Of a DNA stretch of 61,361 nt, positions 10,537 to 19,768 are shown piece by piece. Position numbers and translations under genes: made by a program. Source of the stretch: Aquificaceae bacterium (GTDB taxonomy: Bacteria; Aquificota; Aquificia; Aquificales; Aquificaceae); the NCBI GenBank assembly GCA_037924335.1, contig JAXSMZ010000006.1, forward strand, positions 1 through 61,361, given 5' to 3'. The notes under the pieces are model-generated. The model saw only the letters and a program-made list of their open reading frames with translations, had not been told where the DNA came from and made no database searches. The first letter of the stretch is position 1. Each line of letters starts with the position of its first letter.

Positions 10537-11198
10537 GCAGGATAAAGGTTTCTATACATGGTCTCAAAGATGAGGATAATTTAGAGAAGTTGGTGGAAAT
10601 TTTTGGGGGTCTTGGTGTGAACGTGTCTGATTTCTTCAGAGCCATGAACAGAGGTGGTACGTTTTCTTTCTACACTGAGCTTTCCAAGTATGAATCTGTA
10701 AAGGAAAAGTTGGATGAGCTATGCGTTCACAGTGTGGAGGTGGACTCTAAAAAGGTTGTCTCGCCATCCGGTTTTACTTCCTTAGCCCTATTGGACGCTC
10801 TTTTTGTTTTTTTTGTATCCAGCTGGTTTGTAAACAACTTAAAAGTTCAAGAGCTTATATCTAACTTCTTCTTAAACCCAACCTTAGCTTGGTCCTTAAC
10901 AGAGCTTATGAAGGTCCTTTTGGCTTTCCTTATCTACTTGGGATTTTTGGAGAATCTACAAACCACACCCATGGGTTATCTTTTCAGGCTAAGGCTAAAA
11001 CTCGATGGAGAGCTAAAGGTCTTTGTAGCTTTTATGTTGCTTCCCATCCTTGGCCTTTTGCTTGTAAACTCACCTTTGGGGTCTTTGGTAAAGCTTTTTG
11101 GTTTTTTCCTCTTTGTTTTCTTTGTCGTTGGTTCTATGTCTGGCATTTTGATAAAGGTTTACGGAATTGGCTTTGAAAGATCAGAAGATAGAGGATAA
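10533..11198 (+). CDS. Membrane protein, RDD-like C-terminal part
   Basis: ATGA overlap with pilQ; soluble N-domain then about 4 TM helices with QTTPMGYLFRLR. Confidence 0.5.
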   Translation: MSRIKVSIHGLKDEDNLEKLVEIFGGLGVNVSDFFRAMNRGGTFSFYTELSKYESVKEKLDELCVHSVEVDSKKVVSPSGFTSLALLDALFVFFVSSWFVNNLKVQELISNFFLNPTLAWSLTELMKVLLAFLIYLGFLENLQTTPMGYLFRLRLKLDGELKVFVAFMLLPILGLLLVNSPLGSLVKLFGFFLFVFFVVGSMSGILIKVYGIGFERSEDRG

Positions 11199-12330
11199 CA
11201 AATATAAGATTAATAGAAAACATGTAAGCCATATAGCTGTAAACACTTTCCAGAGGCACTATTAAAAACCCAAGGTAATAGAGTATAAGATGCGTGTAAA
11301 GAAGCCAGAGCATCTTTGTCAAAGCTGTAAAGAGGGATAGGGCAACCATCACAAAGGAAAGAGGGAGTATGGAAACAAGATAAAAGGAAAGAAAAGGATA
11401 AGCTGGAAGGAACTTATTGGAGAAGAGAAGGATAAAGAGAGGTTTACCTACAAGAAATAACCCAACTTGAGTAAGTACAGAAAGACTGAGGACAACCAAT
11501 ACTACCCTCGTTATAAGGTTTTTTAATTCTCCGCTCTCTTCCTTAAACTCTACCATCCTTGGGAACAGCGTACCCGTAAGTGTGAGAACAAGCCATAAGA
11601 AGGCTTTTCCTACTAAAGATACGGAAGCATAAAGCCCCGCAGTATGTGGGTCAAATACTCTTCTTATGAAGATGTCATCAGCATAGATAAAAAGACCAGA
11701 AGGGGAAGCGTACAAGGACGTTTTTATGATCTCCTTGGTCGATACTCTCTTCAATCCACCTATCAGATTCCCATTGATCCTAATAAGAAGAAAGAGTGAG
11801 GTCATTATTCCTATAAGTGAGGAAAAGATAGCACCTACTACGTTGAGACCTAACTGCAAGAGAAGAAAAACTGCAAACAATCTAACGGTCTGTTCGAGGA
11901 TCAAGGATACAGAGAACAAAGGGAACCTTTCAAGGGACTGAAGGTAGGACCTTTCTATCACAAGAAGAGACTGAAATAACCAAACAGAAGCAACCACCCA
12001 CAAGTAGCCCACGTGTGAGACCTTTAAGAAGGATACTATCAACGGAGAAAGAAAAACACCCGTAAGCATGAGGGATGAGCCTATGAATAAGGAGAGAGCT
12101 CTCATATACCGCAAAACTTCAAAAGACCTTTTGCTTTCCACAAGATGTTTGACGGCAGAAACCCCAAAAAGGTTGGCAACGTTACTTACGCTCAACATAA
12201 GAGAATAAAGAACCATAAATTCTCCATAGCTCTGTGGTCCAAGCTTTCTGCTCACAAAGAAGTGAAAGACATATCCAACAATGTTAGTGTATAGAAAAGC
12301 AAAGCCCACAGAGGAGAAGTTCTTCAGCAT
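11134..12330 (-). CDS. Oligosaccharide flippase (Wzx/MOP family)
   Basis: About 12 TM helices; SRKLGPQSYG and AGLYASVSLVGK motifs. Confidence 0.85.
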   Translation of the reverse strand: MLKNFSSVGFAFLYTNIVGYVFHFFVSRKLGPQSYGEFMVLYSLMLSVSNVANLFGVSAVKHLVESKRSFEVLRYMRALSLFIGSSLMLTGVFLSPLIVSFLKVSHVGYLWVVASVWLFQSLLVIERSYLQSLERFPLFSVSLILEQTVRLFAVFLLLQLGLNVVGAIFSSLIGIMTSLFLLIRINGNLIGGLKRVSTKEIIKTSLYASPSGLFIYADDIFIRRVFDPHTAGLYASVSLVGKAFLWLVLTLTGTLFPRMVEFKEESGELKNLITRVVLVVLSLSVLTQVGLFLVGKPLFILLFSNKFLPAYPFLSFYLVSILPLSFVMVALSLFTALTKMLWLLYTHLILYYLGFLIVPLESVYSYMAYMFSINLIFVILYLLIFQSQFRKPLSKCQT

Positions 12331-13385
12331 CCAGAGATCTCTTTGAGATAGTTCTCATAATCTTGAGCTACCCTGTCCCATGTAAAGTTTCTGGCGTAGT
12401 CTATTCCATTCTTCCCCATTTCAACAGCAAGACCTGGATTCTCTAATAACCATAGTATTTTCTCCCGTAGGTCTTTTGCATCTTCCCTCTTAAAGCTGAA
12501 CCCAAAGCCAGCATCCACCACATACCTTAGCTCCGGGATGTCAGACACAACAAGAGGCTTCCCGTAGGATGCTACTTCAAGAGCTACTATACCCTGAGCT
12601 TCAAACCTTGAGGGCATGACAAAGAACATGGCATTTTTTATACAATCCTCTTTGGCTTTCTCCTCCACAAAGCCTGTGTGATCTATGTTTTTTACATCCT
12701 TTATCATCTGCTTTAATCTCTCCTCGTCCTTTCCCTTACCGGCTATTATCACCTTCACATCTAAGCCCTTAACCGCTTCTATAAGAAGGTCAAGACCCTT
12801 ATGGTATATGTCTATCCTTCCTATAAAGCCTATGTACTTACCAGGTTCTTGTGGAATTTCCACAGGTGTGTTTATGCCGTTTGGTATTATCACTGCATCT
12901 ATTTTAAACTTCTTTTTGCTTATCTCCGAAACAGTAAGCACGTTCCTAAAGAGCTTAGGATAGAATCTCTCTATAAGAAAAAAAGGGATACCTAAAAGAT
13001 TGTGCCTCTTTATGATGTTTATGCCTTCCTTATGGTGAACCTGTAGAACGGGATTTTTGTACACCAAGAAGGAAAAGATGGGGTTCCAAGGAGCAAAGTC
13101 TTCCACCACTATGTGATAATCTTTTGCTATCTTTCTAAGCAGCTTAAAAGACTCAAAAGCATAGGAAAAGGTGCTAAGGATATATCCCTTTGGAATGCCC
13201 ACAAACCTGTACTCAAAGTCTTCGTTCACTCTGTAATCTTTTGCACCCGGATACTTGCCGCTGACCACCGTTATGCTATGGCCCCTTTGAGAGAGCCTTG
13301 AGTATATCTCATAAACCCTTACAGCCCCACCACCGCCTACCCAAGGGTTATTGATATGGTCGTATATAAAGTGAAGTATTTTCAT
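12324..13385 (-). CDS. Glycosyltransferase family 4
   Basis: GGG, HKGLD, PSRFEAQGIVALE (EX7E), FTWD. Confidence 0.92.
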   Translation of the reverse strand: MKILHFIYDHINNPWVGGGGAVRVYEIYSRLSQRGHSITVVSGKYPGAKDYRVNEDFEYRFVGIPKGYILSTFSYAFESFKLLRKIAKDYHIVVEDFAPWNPIFSFLVYKNPVLQVHHKEGINIIKRHNLLGIPFFLIERFYPKLFRNVLTVSEISKKKFKIDAVIIPNGINTPVEIPQEPGKYIGFIGRIDIYHKGLDLLIEAVKGLDVKVIIAGKGKDEERLKQMIKDVKNIDHTGFVEEKAKEDCIKNAMFFVMPSRFEAQGIVALEVASYGKPLVVSDIPELRYVVDAGFGFSFKREDAKDLREKILWLLENPGLAVEMGKNGIDYARNFTWDRVAQDYENYLKEISGC

Positions 13386-14110
13386 GGCTTTTTAGCTATA
13401 ATGTGAACAGTCCTTCCTAAGATTTCAAAGGGTATAAAGGAGAAGTTGGATTTTGTAAGCAGGTTTAGAATGGGAATAAAGGGGAAAAGAGGCAAAAACT
13501 CCCACCATCTTATTACTCCTACCTTGTAAACCTCAAAACCAGATATCTTAGCAAGCGTTTTTAGACTTTTTTTTGTCCAAGGTCTTATATGGGTTGGGTC
13601 AGAGTAAAAATTCCAGTAGTCAGTACAAAAGATAGATGTATAGTATTCAGTGGTTAGATAAAAGTACCCTTTGGGTTTTAAAACTCTGAAGCTTTCCAAA
13701 AAGAGTTTTTGAGGATTTTTTAGATGCTCTATTACAAAGTTTGATATTACCAAGTCAAAACTGCCTTCTCCAAAAGGTAGAAGCTCTTCCTCTAAATCGC
13801 ACCTTTGGAAGTTTATATAATCTGGTAGCTCGGAGTTTTTTTCCAAGTCCACTCCATAAAACTCTGCCTGGGCATTAATAAATCTTTTTACATATTCAAG
13901 TAATTCACCAGTACCGCATCCTACATCAAGAATGTCCTTTGCCATCCTTATGTTTGGTATTTGGTTTAGCTTCTTGACGGATATGTTTGTTAACCTGTAG
14001 TAGAGCTTTTGTAATATGATACTCTTTTCTGCTATTTTCTTTGTTATGGGCTTTATACCACTATGTTTTATATCTCTTAGGTACTCTTGATATCCCTTAT
14101 GCTTTTCCAA
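13382..14110 (-). CDS. Class I SAM-dependent methyltransferase
   Basis: ILDVGCGTG, FDLV, VIEH, RVLKPKG, DPTH. Confidence 0.9.
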   Translation of the reverse strand: MEKHKGYQEYLRDIKHSGIKPITKKIAEKSIILQKLYYRLTNISVKKLNQIPNIRMAKDILDVGCGTGELLEYVKRFINAQAEFYGVDLEKNSELPDYINFQRCDLEEELLPFGEGSFDLVISNFVIEHLKNPQKLFLESFRVLKPKGYFYLTTEYYTSIFCTDYWNFYSDPTHIRPWTKKSLKTLAKISGFEVYKVGVIRWWEFLPLFPFIPILNLLTKSNFSFIPFEILGRTVHIIAKKP

Positions 14111-14804
14111 ACCTCAACCTCCAAACCATTATAGCTGCCTCAAGGGCTATCCTCTTGCTCATCTTGGATGATCCACTGTTTCTTTCATAGAATATTATAG
14201 GAATCTCCCCAATCTTAAAACCGTGTTTGTAAGCTTTGTAAGCCATCTCTATCTGGAAGGCATATCCGTTTGATTTTATTTTGTCTAAATCTATACTCTC
14301 CAATACTTCTCTTTTATAACATCTATAACCGCTGGTGATATCTGATAGGAACTTCAAGTTAAGGATCGTTTTTGCATACCAGTTAGCAAACTTGGAAAGA
14401 AGAAGCCTTTTAAAGTCCCATCCTACCACGCTTATTGTCCCCTTTATGTACCTTGAGCCTACAACCATATGGTGGCTCTCTTCTATCTTCTGTATGAACC
14501 TTGGAATGTCTTTGGGGTCGTGGGAAAGGTCTGCATCCATTTCAAAAAAGAGCTTGTAATCTCTCTCTAAACCCTTTTTGAAACCCATCACGTAAGCGGT
14601 ACCCAAGCCAAGCTTTTTGGGTCTCTGTAAAAGGTTTACTCTGCTGTCCCTTTTCATCCATCCCTTTACCCTTTCTGAAGTTCCATCCTGGGAGTTATCG
14701 TCCACTACCAGTACATCCAAAAAGTCGTACATCAGGAGCTTTTCTATAACCGTATCTATGTTCTGAGCCTCGTTGTATGTAGGAAGAACTACAAGGGACC
14801 TCAT
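14097..14804 (-). CDS. Polyprenol-monophosphomannose synthase-like GT2 (DPM1/Ppm1 type)
   Basis: PTYNE, VVDDNSQDGT, KLGLGTAY, MDADLSHDP, GYAFQIEM, SKMS. Confidence 0.9.
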   Translation of the reverse strand: MRSLVVLPTYNEAQNIDTVIEKLLMYDFLDVLVVDDNSQDGTSERVKGWMKRDSRVNLLQRPKKLGLGTAYVMGFKKGLERDYKLFFEMDADLSHDPKDIPRFIQKIEESHHMVVGSRYIKGTISVVGWDFKRLLLSKFANWYAKTILNLKFLSDITSGYRCYKREVLESIDLDKIKSNGYAFQIEMAYKAYKHGFKIGEIPIIFYERNSGSSKMSKRIALEAAIMVWRLRFGKA

Positions 14805-15859
14805 CTTATCCTCTCTAAAAATTCCAAAAACTCCCTTCTTGTCCTTTCCCAACTGAAGCTTTTTGAAAACTCAAAGGCGTTCTTTGAAAGCTGTCTGTAA
14901 AGATCCTTGTCCTGCCAGACTTTAAGCACCTTCTGAGCCATTTCTCTGTAATCCTTTACCAAAAAACCCGTGATGCCATCCCTTATGCTGTCTTTTAAGC
15001 CTTGTACTCTGTAGCCTATAGCTACCGTTCCCATAGCGTTTGCTTGCAGAACCACCTGTCCCCATCCTTCTCTTACGCTTGGAACTAAAAGAAAGTGGGA
15101 CTTTTTTAGTATGTTGTACTTTTCAACCACCTTTAAATATCCAGTAAATACAACACCTTGAAGTTTACTGTATTTGCTCCTAAGGTAATGCTCCAGCGGT
15201 CCATTCCCTATTATAAAGAGCCTGGTGTCTTTTATCTGCTTTTTGACCTCTAAGAATGTTCTTAAGGCATCCTCTGGGTTCTTGGTCTTCTTTAGCCTTC
15301 CTAAATAAACGAGTGTAAGAGTTTTCTCTTTCTCTGATGGGTATTCCAAAGGTTTTATGTCTAAGCCATTGTAAATAACAGTTATGTTCTCAAAGCCAAG
15401 GCTCCTTAGGTCTTCCTCTGTGGAAGGTGATACTGTTATAGTTGGCTTTCCCCTGTAAAGGAGGAGAAAGAGCTTTTCTACAGGGTAGAGAGTGTATCCC
15501 AAAGGTCCAAACTCTTTTACCCAGTACTCCTGGTAAAGCTGATGCACCAAGAGTATGGAGTTTTTAAGGAGGAAGGTGAAAAAACCCAAACCGTTGAAAA
15601 CATCCAACACTGTCCAATCTCTTGTTTTTTTGAGAGAGTATAAAAAGCCGTAAAAGTGCGTGGTAAGCTCGTTACCCCTTCTTATGAACCTAACACCCTC
15701 TATGAGCTCTTCTTCTTTTAGTCCTCTTGGTCTGGAGCAGAACCACTCCACACAACCACCAGATTCAACAACAGCCTTAGCTAGCTCCATAGCGTAAAAC
15801 TCAGCTCCACCTTTTTCTGGATGTTTTATGCATCTTCTGTTTAGTATCAAAAGCTTCAT
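14801..15859 (-). CDS. Glycosyltransferase family 4
   Basis: HPEKGGAE, LGRL..KN, PSVREGWGQVVLQANA, FSWE. Confidence 0.9.
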   Translation of the reverse strand: MKLLILNRRCIKHPEKGGAEFYAMELAKAVVESGGCVEWFCSRPRGLKEEELIEGVRFIRRGNELTTHFYGFLYSLKKTRDWTVLDVFNGLGFFTFLLKNSILLVHQLYQEYWVKEFGPLGYTLYPVEKLFLLLYRGKPTITVSPSTEEDLRSLGFENITVIYNGLDIKPLEYPSEKEKTLTLVYLGRLKKTKNPEDALRTFLEVKKQIKDTRLFIIGNGPLEHYLRSKYSKLQGVVFTGYLKVVEKYNILKKSHFLLVPSVREGWGQVVLQANAMGTVAIGYRVQGLKDSIRDGITGFLVKDYREMAQKVLKVWQDKDLYRQLSKNAFEFSKSFSWERTRREFLEFLERIR

Positions 15860-16470
15860 GCCATATAAAGACCCAAAAGCCAAAGCGTGAAGAAAGACAG
15901 ATAAAACACAACCCCAGTCAATATAGCTTTTTTGTCTGTTGGCTTCTTAAAACCTTTCCATATGACGAAGGTTAAGGAGAGTATCCAACCGAGTAAAGAA
16001 AAAACAACTGCAGAGCTCCAAAGCACGGAAGGATAGGGATCATAGTCCATAAAGCTTTTTAGGTCCTTGTATATTGTCTGGTACTTATTCTGAGGTGGCA
16101 TGTTCTTCTCTATGTAAAGCTCAAGCTTTGTAAGAAGGGTCTTCTGTTCCAAGTATTTTATTTTTTCTCCGTAGGGTATGTAAAACCCTCTGAGTTGGTA
16201 CAGGTCGGACCTAAGTGTTTCATAGCAAAAGAGTTTGTGTTCCTTTTCTTTTAGCTTTGGGCATAGCTTTTGTATCTTCTCCACAGCTTCCGCATTGTAA
16301 GGGCTAAAAGGCACATAGTTAAGAAGAGCTCTCTCGTACATGGATATTGCTATAAGGGACTCTCCCGATACCAAAAGCATGTCCCCTTCTCTTATGAGCC
16401 TTTTTTGGTTTCCCAAAAGCACGTATACAGAGCTTACCGAAAGAACCAAAACAAGCACAAGCCATCTCAT
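15856..16470 (-). CDS. Hypothetical membrane protein (N-terminal TM, TPR-like periplasmic part, 2 C-terminal TMs)
   Basis: Overlaps its neighbours on both sides within the glycosylation operon. Confidence 0.7.
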   Translation of the reverse strand: MRWLVLVLVLSVSSVYVLLGNQKRLIREGDMLLVSGESLIAISMYERALLNYVPFSPYNAEAVEKIQKLCPKLKEKEHKLFCYETLRSDLYQLRGFYIPYGEKIKYLEQKTLLTKLELYIEKNMPPQNKYQTIYKDLKSFMDYDPYPSVLWSSAVVFSLLGWILSLTFVIWKGFKKPTDKKAILTGVVFYLSFFTLWLLGLYMA

Positions 16471-18377
16471 TTCTTTGCTCTCCTATACTCGCTTGTATAT
16501 TTGTAATATTTGAACCTCTCCAAGGAATTGTTGTTAAAAACAGCCTTGTACAGATCCCATAAAGGCTGATTTTCTACACCTATTTTTATAATAAAGGATT
16601 CTCCTGGAAAGTTTGATTTTTTAGGAAGATCTTTCCCTATGTACACTATGTATGTGTTAGGTCCGGTGTACCTTAAATCGTAATAGATGCTTCCGTTTGG
16701 TTTTTCCACTTCAACATTTCCTATCAGATAGGCAAAAAAGGGTAAAGAGTAATTACAAAGTATTATAGAGAATAGATCATCGGTGATGTATGTAGAACAG
16801 TCAAGCATAGTAAGTTTTTCCAGTTCTTGCCACTTTAAAAGCATATTTGACCATTTTTCTTCTGATATATTGGCGTTGACAGGCAAAAGGGCGAAAGAAA
16901 AGATCCAAAAGTGATTTTTGAGGAATGGTAGTAAAGGATTGGGATCTCTCAGGTATATTACGCTGTACAATCTGCCAGATGACGCAAAGACAGAAAAGTT
17001 TCCCTTAAAGAAGTTAGAGAATATGTAGCTATCTTTGTAAAGCTTGGTTGGGTAGCATCCTCTCTGAACAATGATGGAGCTATCTGGAGAAAAGTAATCG
17101 CCAGAGCATATATCCTGCCTATAGAGAGCTATGTACCTATGGTACCAAGAGCTAAAGATATGGTTGTCTCCATAGGTTAAATAAATACTTCCCACAGGAA
17201 GGGAAGAAAGAATAGCTTTAGACACTGAGTAAGCTACATAGTTATCGTTGAAGTTTTGGTCTATGAGCCTATCAAAGAAGGCAAGGAATACTGCAAAAGA
17301 AGCGGACAATGGGACGGCTACTTTTAAAAGCTCTGTTCTTTGAAGGTATTTAACCAAGCCATGAAGACCAAGACCACACAACAAAGAAAAGCCAAAGAGA
17401 GCAGGTAAAAAGTACTGATGAGCTCCCATGTACCAGCTATCAACTTTTATGGAAGGGGAAGAGAAGGTTAGCTTTGCCAATATAAGGGAGTATGTCAAGA
17501 AAAATGTAGTAAGGAAAAGCCCAATTCTCTTAGAAAACTTAAAAGCTTGCCAAATACCAATCAAGAACAGTGGGAAGGCATAAATGGGAAAGTTGTTCTG
17601 AAGGATTATAAGTATGTTTTTAGTAGCATAATAAAAGCCAAAAGGGTCAAAAAAAGCATTCTTTACTATGCTAAGAGAGGATCCATCCTTATAAACTCTT
17701 CTTAGAAAAACATCCCAAAAGCTATTCCAATTATAAACAGGAACCATCACAAATATTTTGTTCCCCCTTAGCCACATATGAAGATTGGCAAGTGCTCCAA
17801 ACAGGAAAAACAGAAAACTCAAAGGAAGATTTTTTAGAGCCTCCCTCAGATAGAACAGGGACAAAACCAACAATGGAACCACCATCATAAAACCAGTATG
17901 ATGGTTGGTGAGGGTAAGACCAAGAAGAAAGCTTACAAACAGCTGGTATCTTCTGTCGTAGCCACGAATAGCTGTCAAAACACCAAAGAGAAGCATGAGG
18001 GATATGATAAACAGGTTTAGCGTGTAAAACTTTACTACCACACTCTGACCCCAAAAGGAGTAAGCAACACCAAGAAGAGCTACAGGAAAAAGGGATACGT
18101 ACCTGTCCTTTGTAAGCTCTAAGGTTATCCTGTAAAGCACATACAAAGAGAGAAGAGAAAAGACAACAGAAACAAGAACCATCCTAAAGGATACGTTTCC
18201 CAAGGGCAAAAAGCTAAAGAGCTTAAGAACTTCCATGTACAAAGGATAGCCAGAGGGATGAGCAAGCCCAAGCGTCGCTCCAGAAGTTATTAGCTCACCT
18301 GCATCCCCAGAATTAAAAGCTTTGGTGGATGAAAGGATATAAAGAAAGGCAAGCAGGGAAAGAAAAAGAAGGGTCAT
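16467..18377 (-). CDS. DUF2723 / TMEM260-like GT-C protein O-glycosyltransferase
   Basis: GDAGEL...LGLAHPSGYPLY, LTNHHT and GDN motifs; many TM helices then a periplasmic C-domain. Confidence 0.85.
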   Translation of the reverse strand: MTLLFLSLLAFLYILSSTKAFNSGDAGELITSGATLGLAHPSGYPLYMEVLKLFSFLPLGNVSFRMVLVSVVFSLLSLYVLYRITLELTKDRYVSLFPVALLGVAYSFWGQSVVVKFYTLNLFIISLMLLFGVLTAIRGYDRRYQLFVSFLLGLTLTNHHTGFMMVVPLLVLSLFYLREALKNLPLSFLFFLFGALANLHMWLRGNKIFVMVPVYNWNSFWDVFLRRVYKDGSSLSIVKNAFFDPFGFYYATKNILIILQNNFPIYAFPLFLIGIWQAFKFSKRIGLFLTTFFLTYSLILAKLTFSSPSIKVDSWYMGAHQYFLPALFGFSLLCGLGLHGLVKYLQRTELLKVAVPLSASFAVFLAFFDRLIDQNFNDNYVAYSVSKAILSSLPVGSIYLTYGDNHIFSSWYHRYIALYRQDICSGDYFSPDSSIIVQRGCYPTKLYKDSYIFSNFFKGNFSVFASSGRLYSVIYLRDPNPLLPFLKNHFWIFSFALLPVNANISEEKWSNMLLKWQELEKLTMLDCSTYITDDLFSIILCNYSLPFFAYLIGNVEVEKPNGSIYYDLRYTGPNTYIVYIGKDLPKKSNFPGESFIIKIGVENQPLWDLYKAVFNNNSLERFKYYKYTSEYRRAKK

Positions 18378-18769
18378 CTAACAGAACACCTCATGCTGTT
18401 CTCAGAAAACTCGCAGACAGCAGTATAGTTTTCAACTCCAGCAAGCACAGCTCTTACAGTACCGCTTGGAATTCCACCGGGAGAGCATGTGTATGTGCCA
18501 TCCAATAGCACCTGAACATTCCCCATGGCAGTGCTCACGTTGGAGCAGTTAGGAAGTGAGCTAATATCAAAAGGAGTAGGAATTTCAACAAACTGGGATA
18601 CACAGTCCGACATGGCATCCTTGGCACATGCTGATGCTAAGCTCAGGGCAAAGTTACTCACCTTAGACTTTTCCACGTACATGAGGTAAGAAGGAATAGC
18701 CATAGAAGCCAGTATAACCACTATAGCAATAACAAGCAAAAGCTCTATAAGAGTGAAACCCTTCCTCAT
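18374..18769 (-). CDS. Type IV pilin (second/minor)
   Basis: Prepilin motif [10 protein letters not shown]. Confidence 0.9.
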   Translation of the reverse strand: MRKGFTLIELLLVIAIVVILASMAIPSYLMYVEKSKVSNFALSLASACAKDAMSDCVSQFVEIPTPFDISSLPNCSNVSTAMGNVQVLLDGTYTCSPGGIPSGTVRAVLAGVENYTAVCEFSENSMRCSVR

Positions 18770-18792
18770 AAAAAGCCCCCACAGAGGGGGAC
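18770..18792 (-). terminator. Intrinsic terminator between the two pilin genes
   Basis: Minus strand reads CCCCC-TCTGT-GGGGG then CTTTTT running directly into the ATG of the second pilin. Confidence 0.6.
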
Positions 18793-18802
18793 CTCGGCTA
18801 AA

Positions 18803-19258
18803 TTAACCTTTTATTGTACACCTGACGCTTGTAGCTGTGTAGTTACAAACCGCTGTATATTCCATTACGGAACCACTGGGAGGAGTAAGGGTTGCACTTA
18901 CAGATGCATTATTATCGGGCTGACCATCGCTTTGACACGTACCACCATTTACTGTTAGATTCACACTCCCACCGGCAGTGGTTACAGTAGCATTACTGCA
19001 ATTAGCCAAGCTAGCAGCTACTACTGCTGCACTTGGATTTTCCGTACAATAAGCTGCTATGTCCAGCATGCAGCCCCTTGCTATGGGTTCTGCGTAAGAG
19101 CTTACCTTTGCTTTCCTTTGATACTTAATATATTGCGGTATGGCAAGCGATGCTAATATGGCTATGATGGCTATGACGATGAGGAGCTCAATTAGGGTAA
19201 AACCCTTTGAGCTGTTGAGCCTTGTGGCTCTGCTTGTTGCTCTGTAGACCTTTCTCAT
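18803..19258 (-). CDS. pilA: Type IV major pilin
   Basis: [34 protein letters not shown] before ATG 19258; followed by a terminator. Confidence 0.88.
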   Translation of the reverse strand: MRKVYRATSRATRLNSSKGFTLIELLIVIAIIAILASLAIPQYIKYQRKAKVSSYAEPIARGCMLDIAAYCTENPSAAVVAASLANCSNATVTTAGGSVNLTVNGGTCQSDGQPDNNASVSATLTPPSGSVMEYTAVCNYTATSVRCTIKG

Positions 19259-19289
19259 GACTGAACCCTCCTTTAAAGATTTTACTTGT

Positions 19290-19342
19290 AATTTATTACT
19301 ATCCTCTTGAGATGTCAAGCATCTTCACGAAAACTTCACGAA
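19290..19342 (-). promoter_or_regulatory. Sigma70 promoter of the pilin gene with upstream tandem repeats
   Basis: TTGACA (19318-19313), 17 nt, TAAATT (19295-19290); CTTCACGAA at 19323 and 19334 (11-bp period). Confidence 0.55.
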
Positions 19343-19422
19343 GCTCAATGATACATATCACCTTGCCAAAGGTCTATGCCCTGCTTATCTTAAAAGCAAC
19401 AAACTTTAAAAGGAGGTATGCT

Positions 19423-19764
19423 ATGCAAACAGCCGTGAACTTTTTTGTTACGGAGAAGGCATCCCAAGAGGTTCTAAGGATAGCCCAGGAGAACAGCATA
19501 ACAGAGCCCATACTAAGGATAAGGGTTGTGCCTGGTGGTTGCTCTGGCTTCCAGTACGCTATGGGTTTTGATGACACTGTGGAAGAAGGGGACCATGTTT
19601 TTGAATACGGTGGCATAAAGGTTGTAATAGACCAGTTTTCTATGCCTTACGTTAACAATGCAGAGCTTGACTATGTTATGGACTTTATGGGTGGTGGTTT
19701 TACCATAAAGAACCCAAACGTATCTGGCTCTTGTGGATGTGGAAACTCTTTCTCCTGCGGGTAA
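19423..19764 (+). CDS. A-type Fe-S carrier (HesB/IscA/ErpA family)
   Basis: GGCSGFQY and SCGCGNSF motifs; AGGAGG SD. Confidence 0.93.
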   Translation: MQTAVNFFVTEKASQEVLRIAQENSITEPILRIRVVPGGCSGFQYAMGFDDTVEEGDHVFEYGGIKVVIDQFSMPYVNNAELDYVMDFMGGGFTIKNPNVSGSCGCGNSFSCG

Positions 19765-19768
19765 GTCC

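Noticed and set aside
19340..19385. Possible sigma54 promoter for pilA (TGGCA...)
   Set aside because: No GC at the -12 position with GG-N10 spacing.
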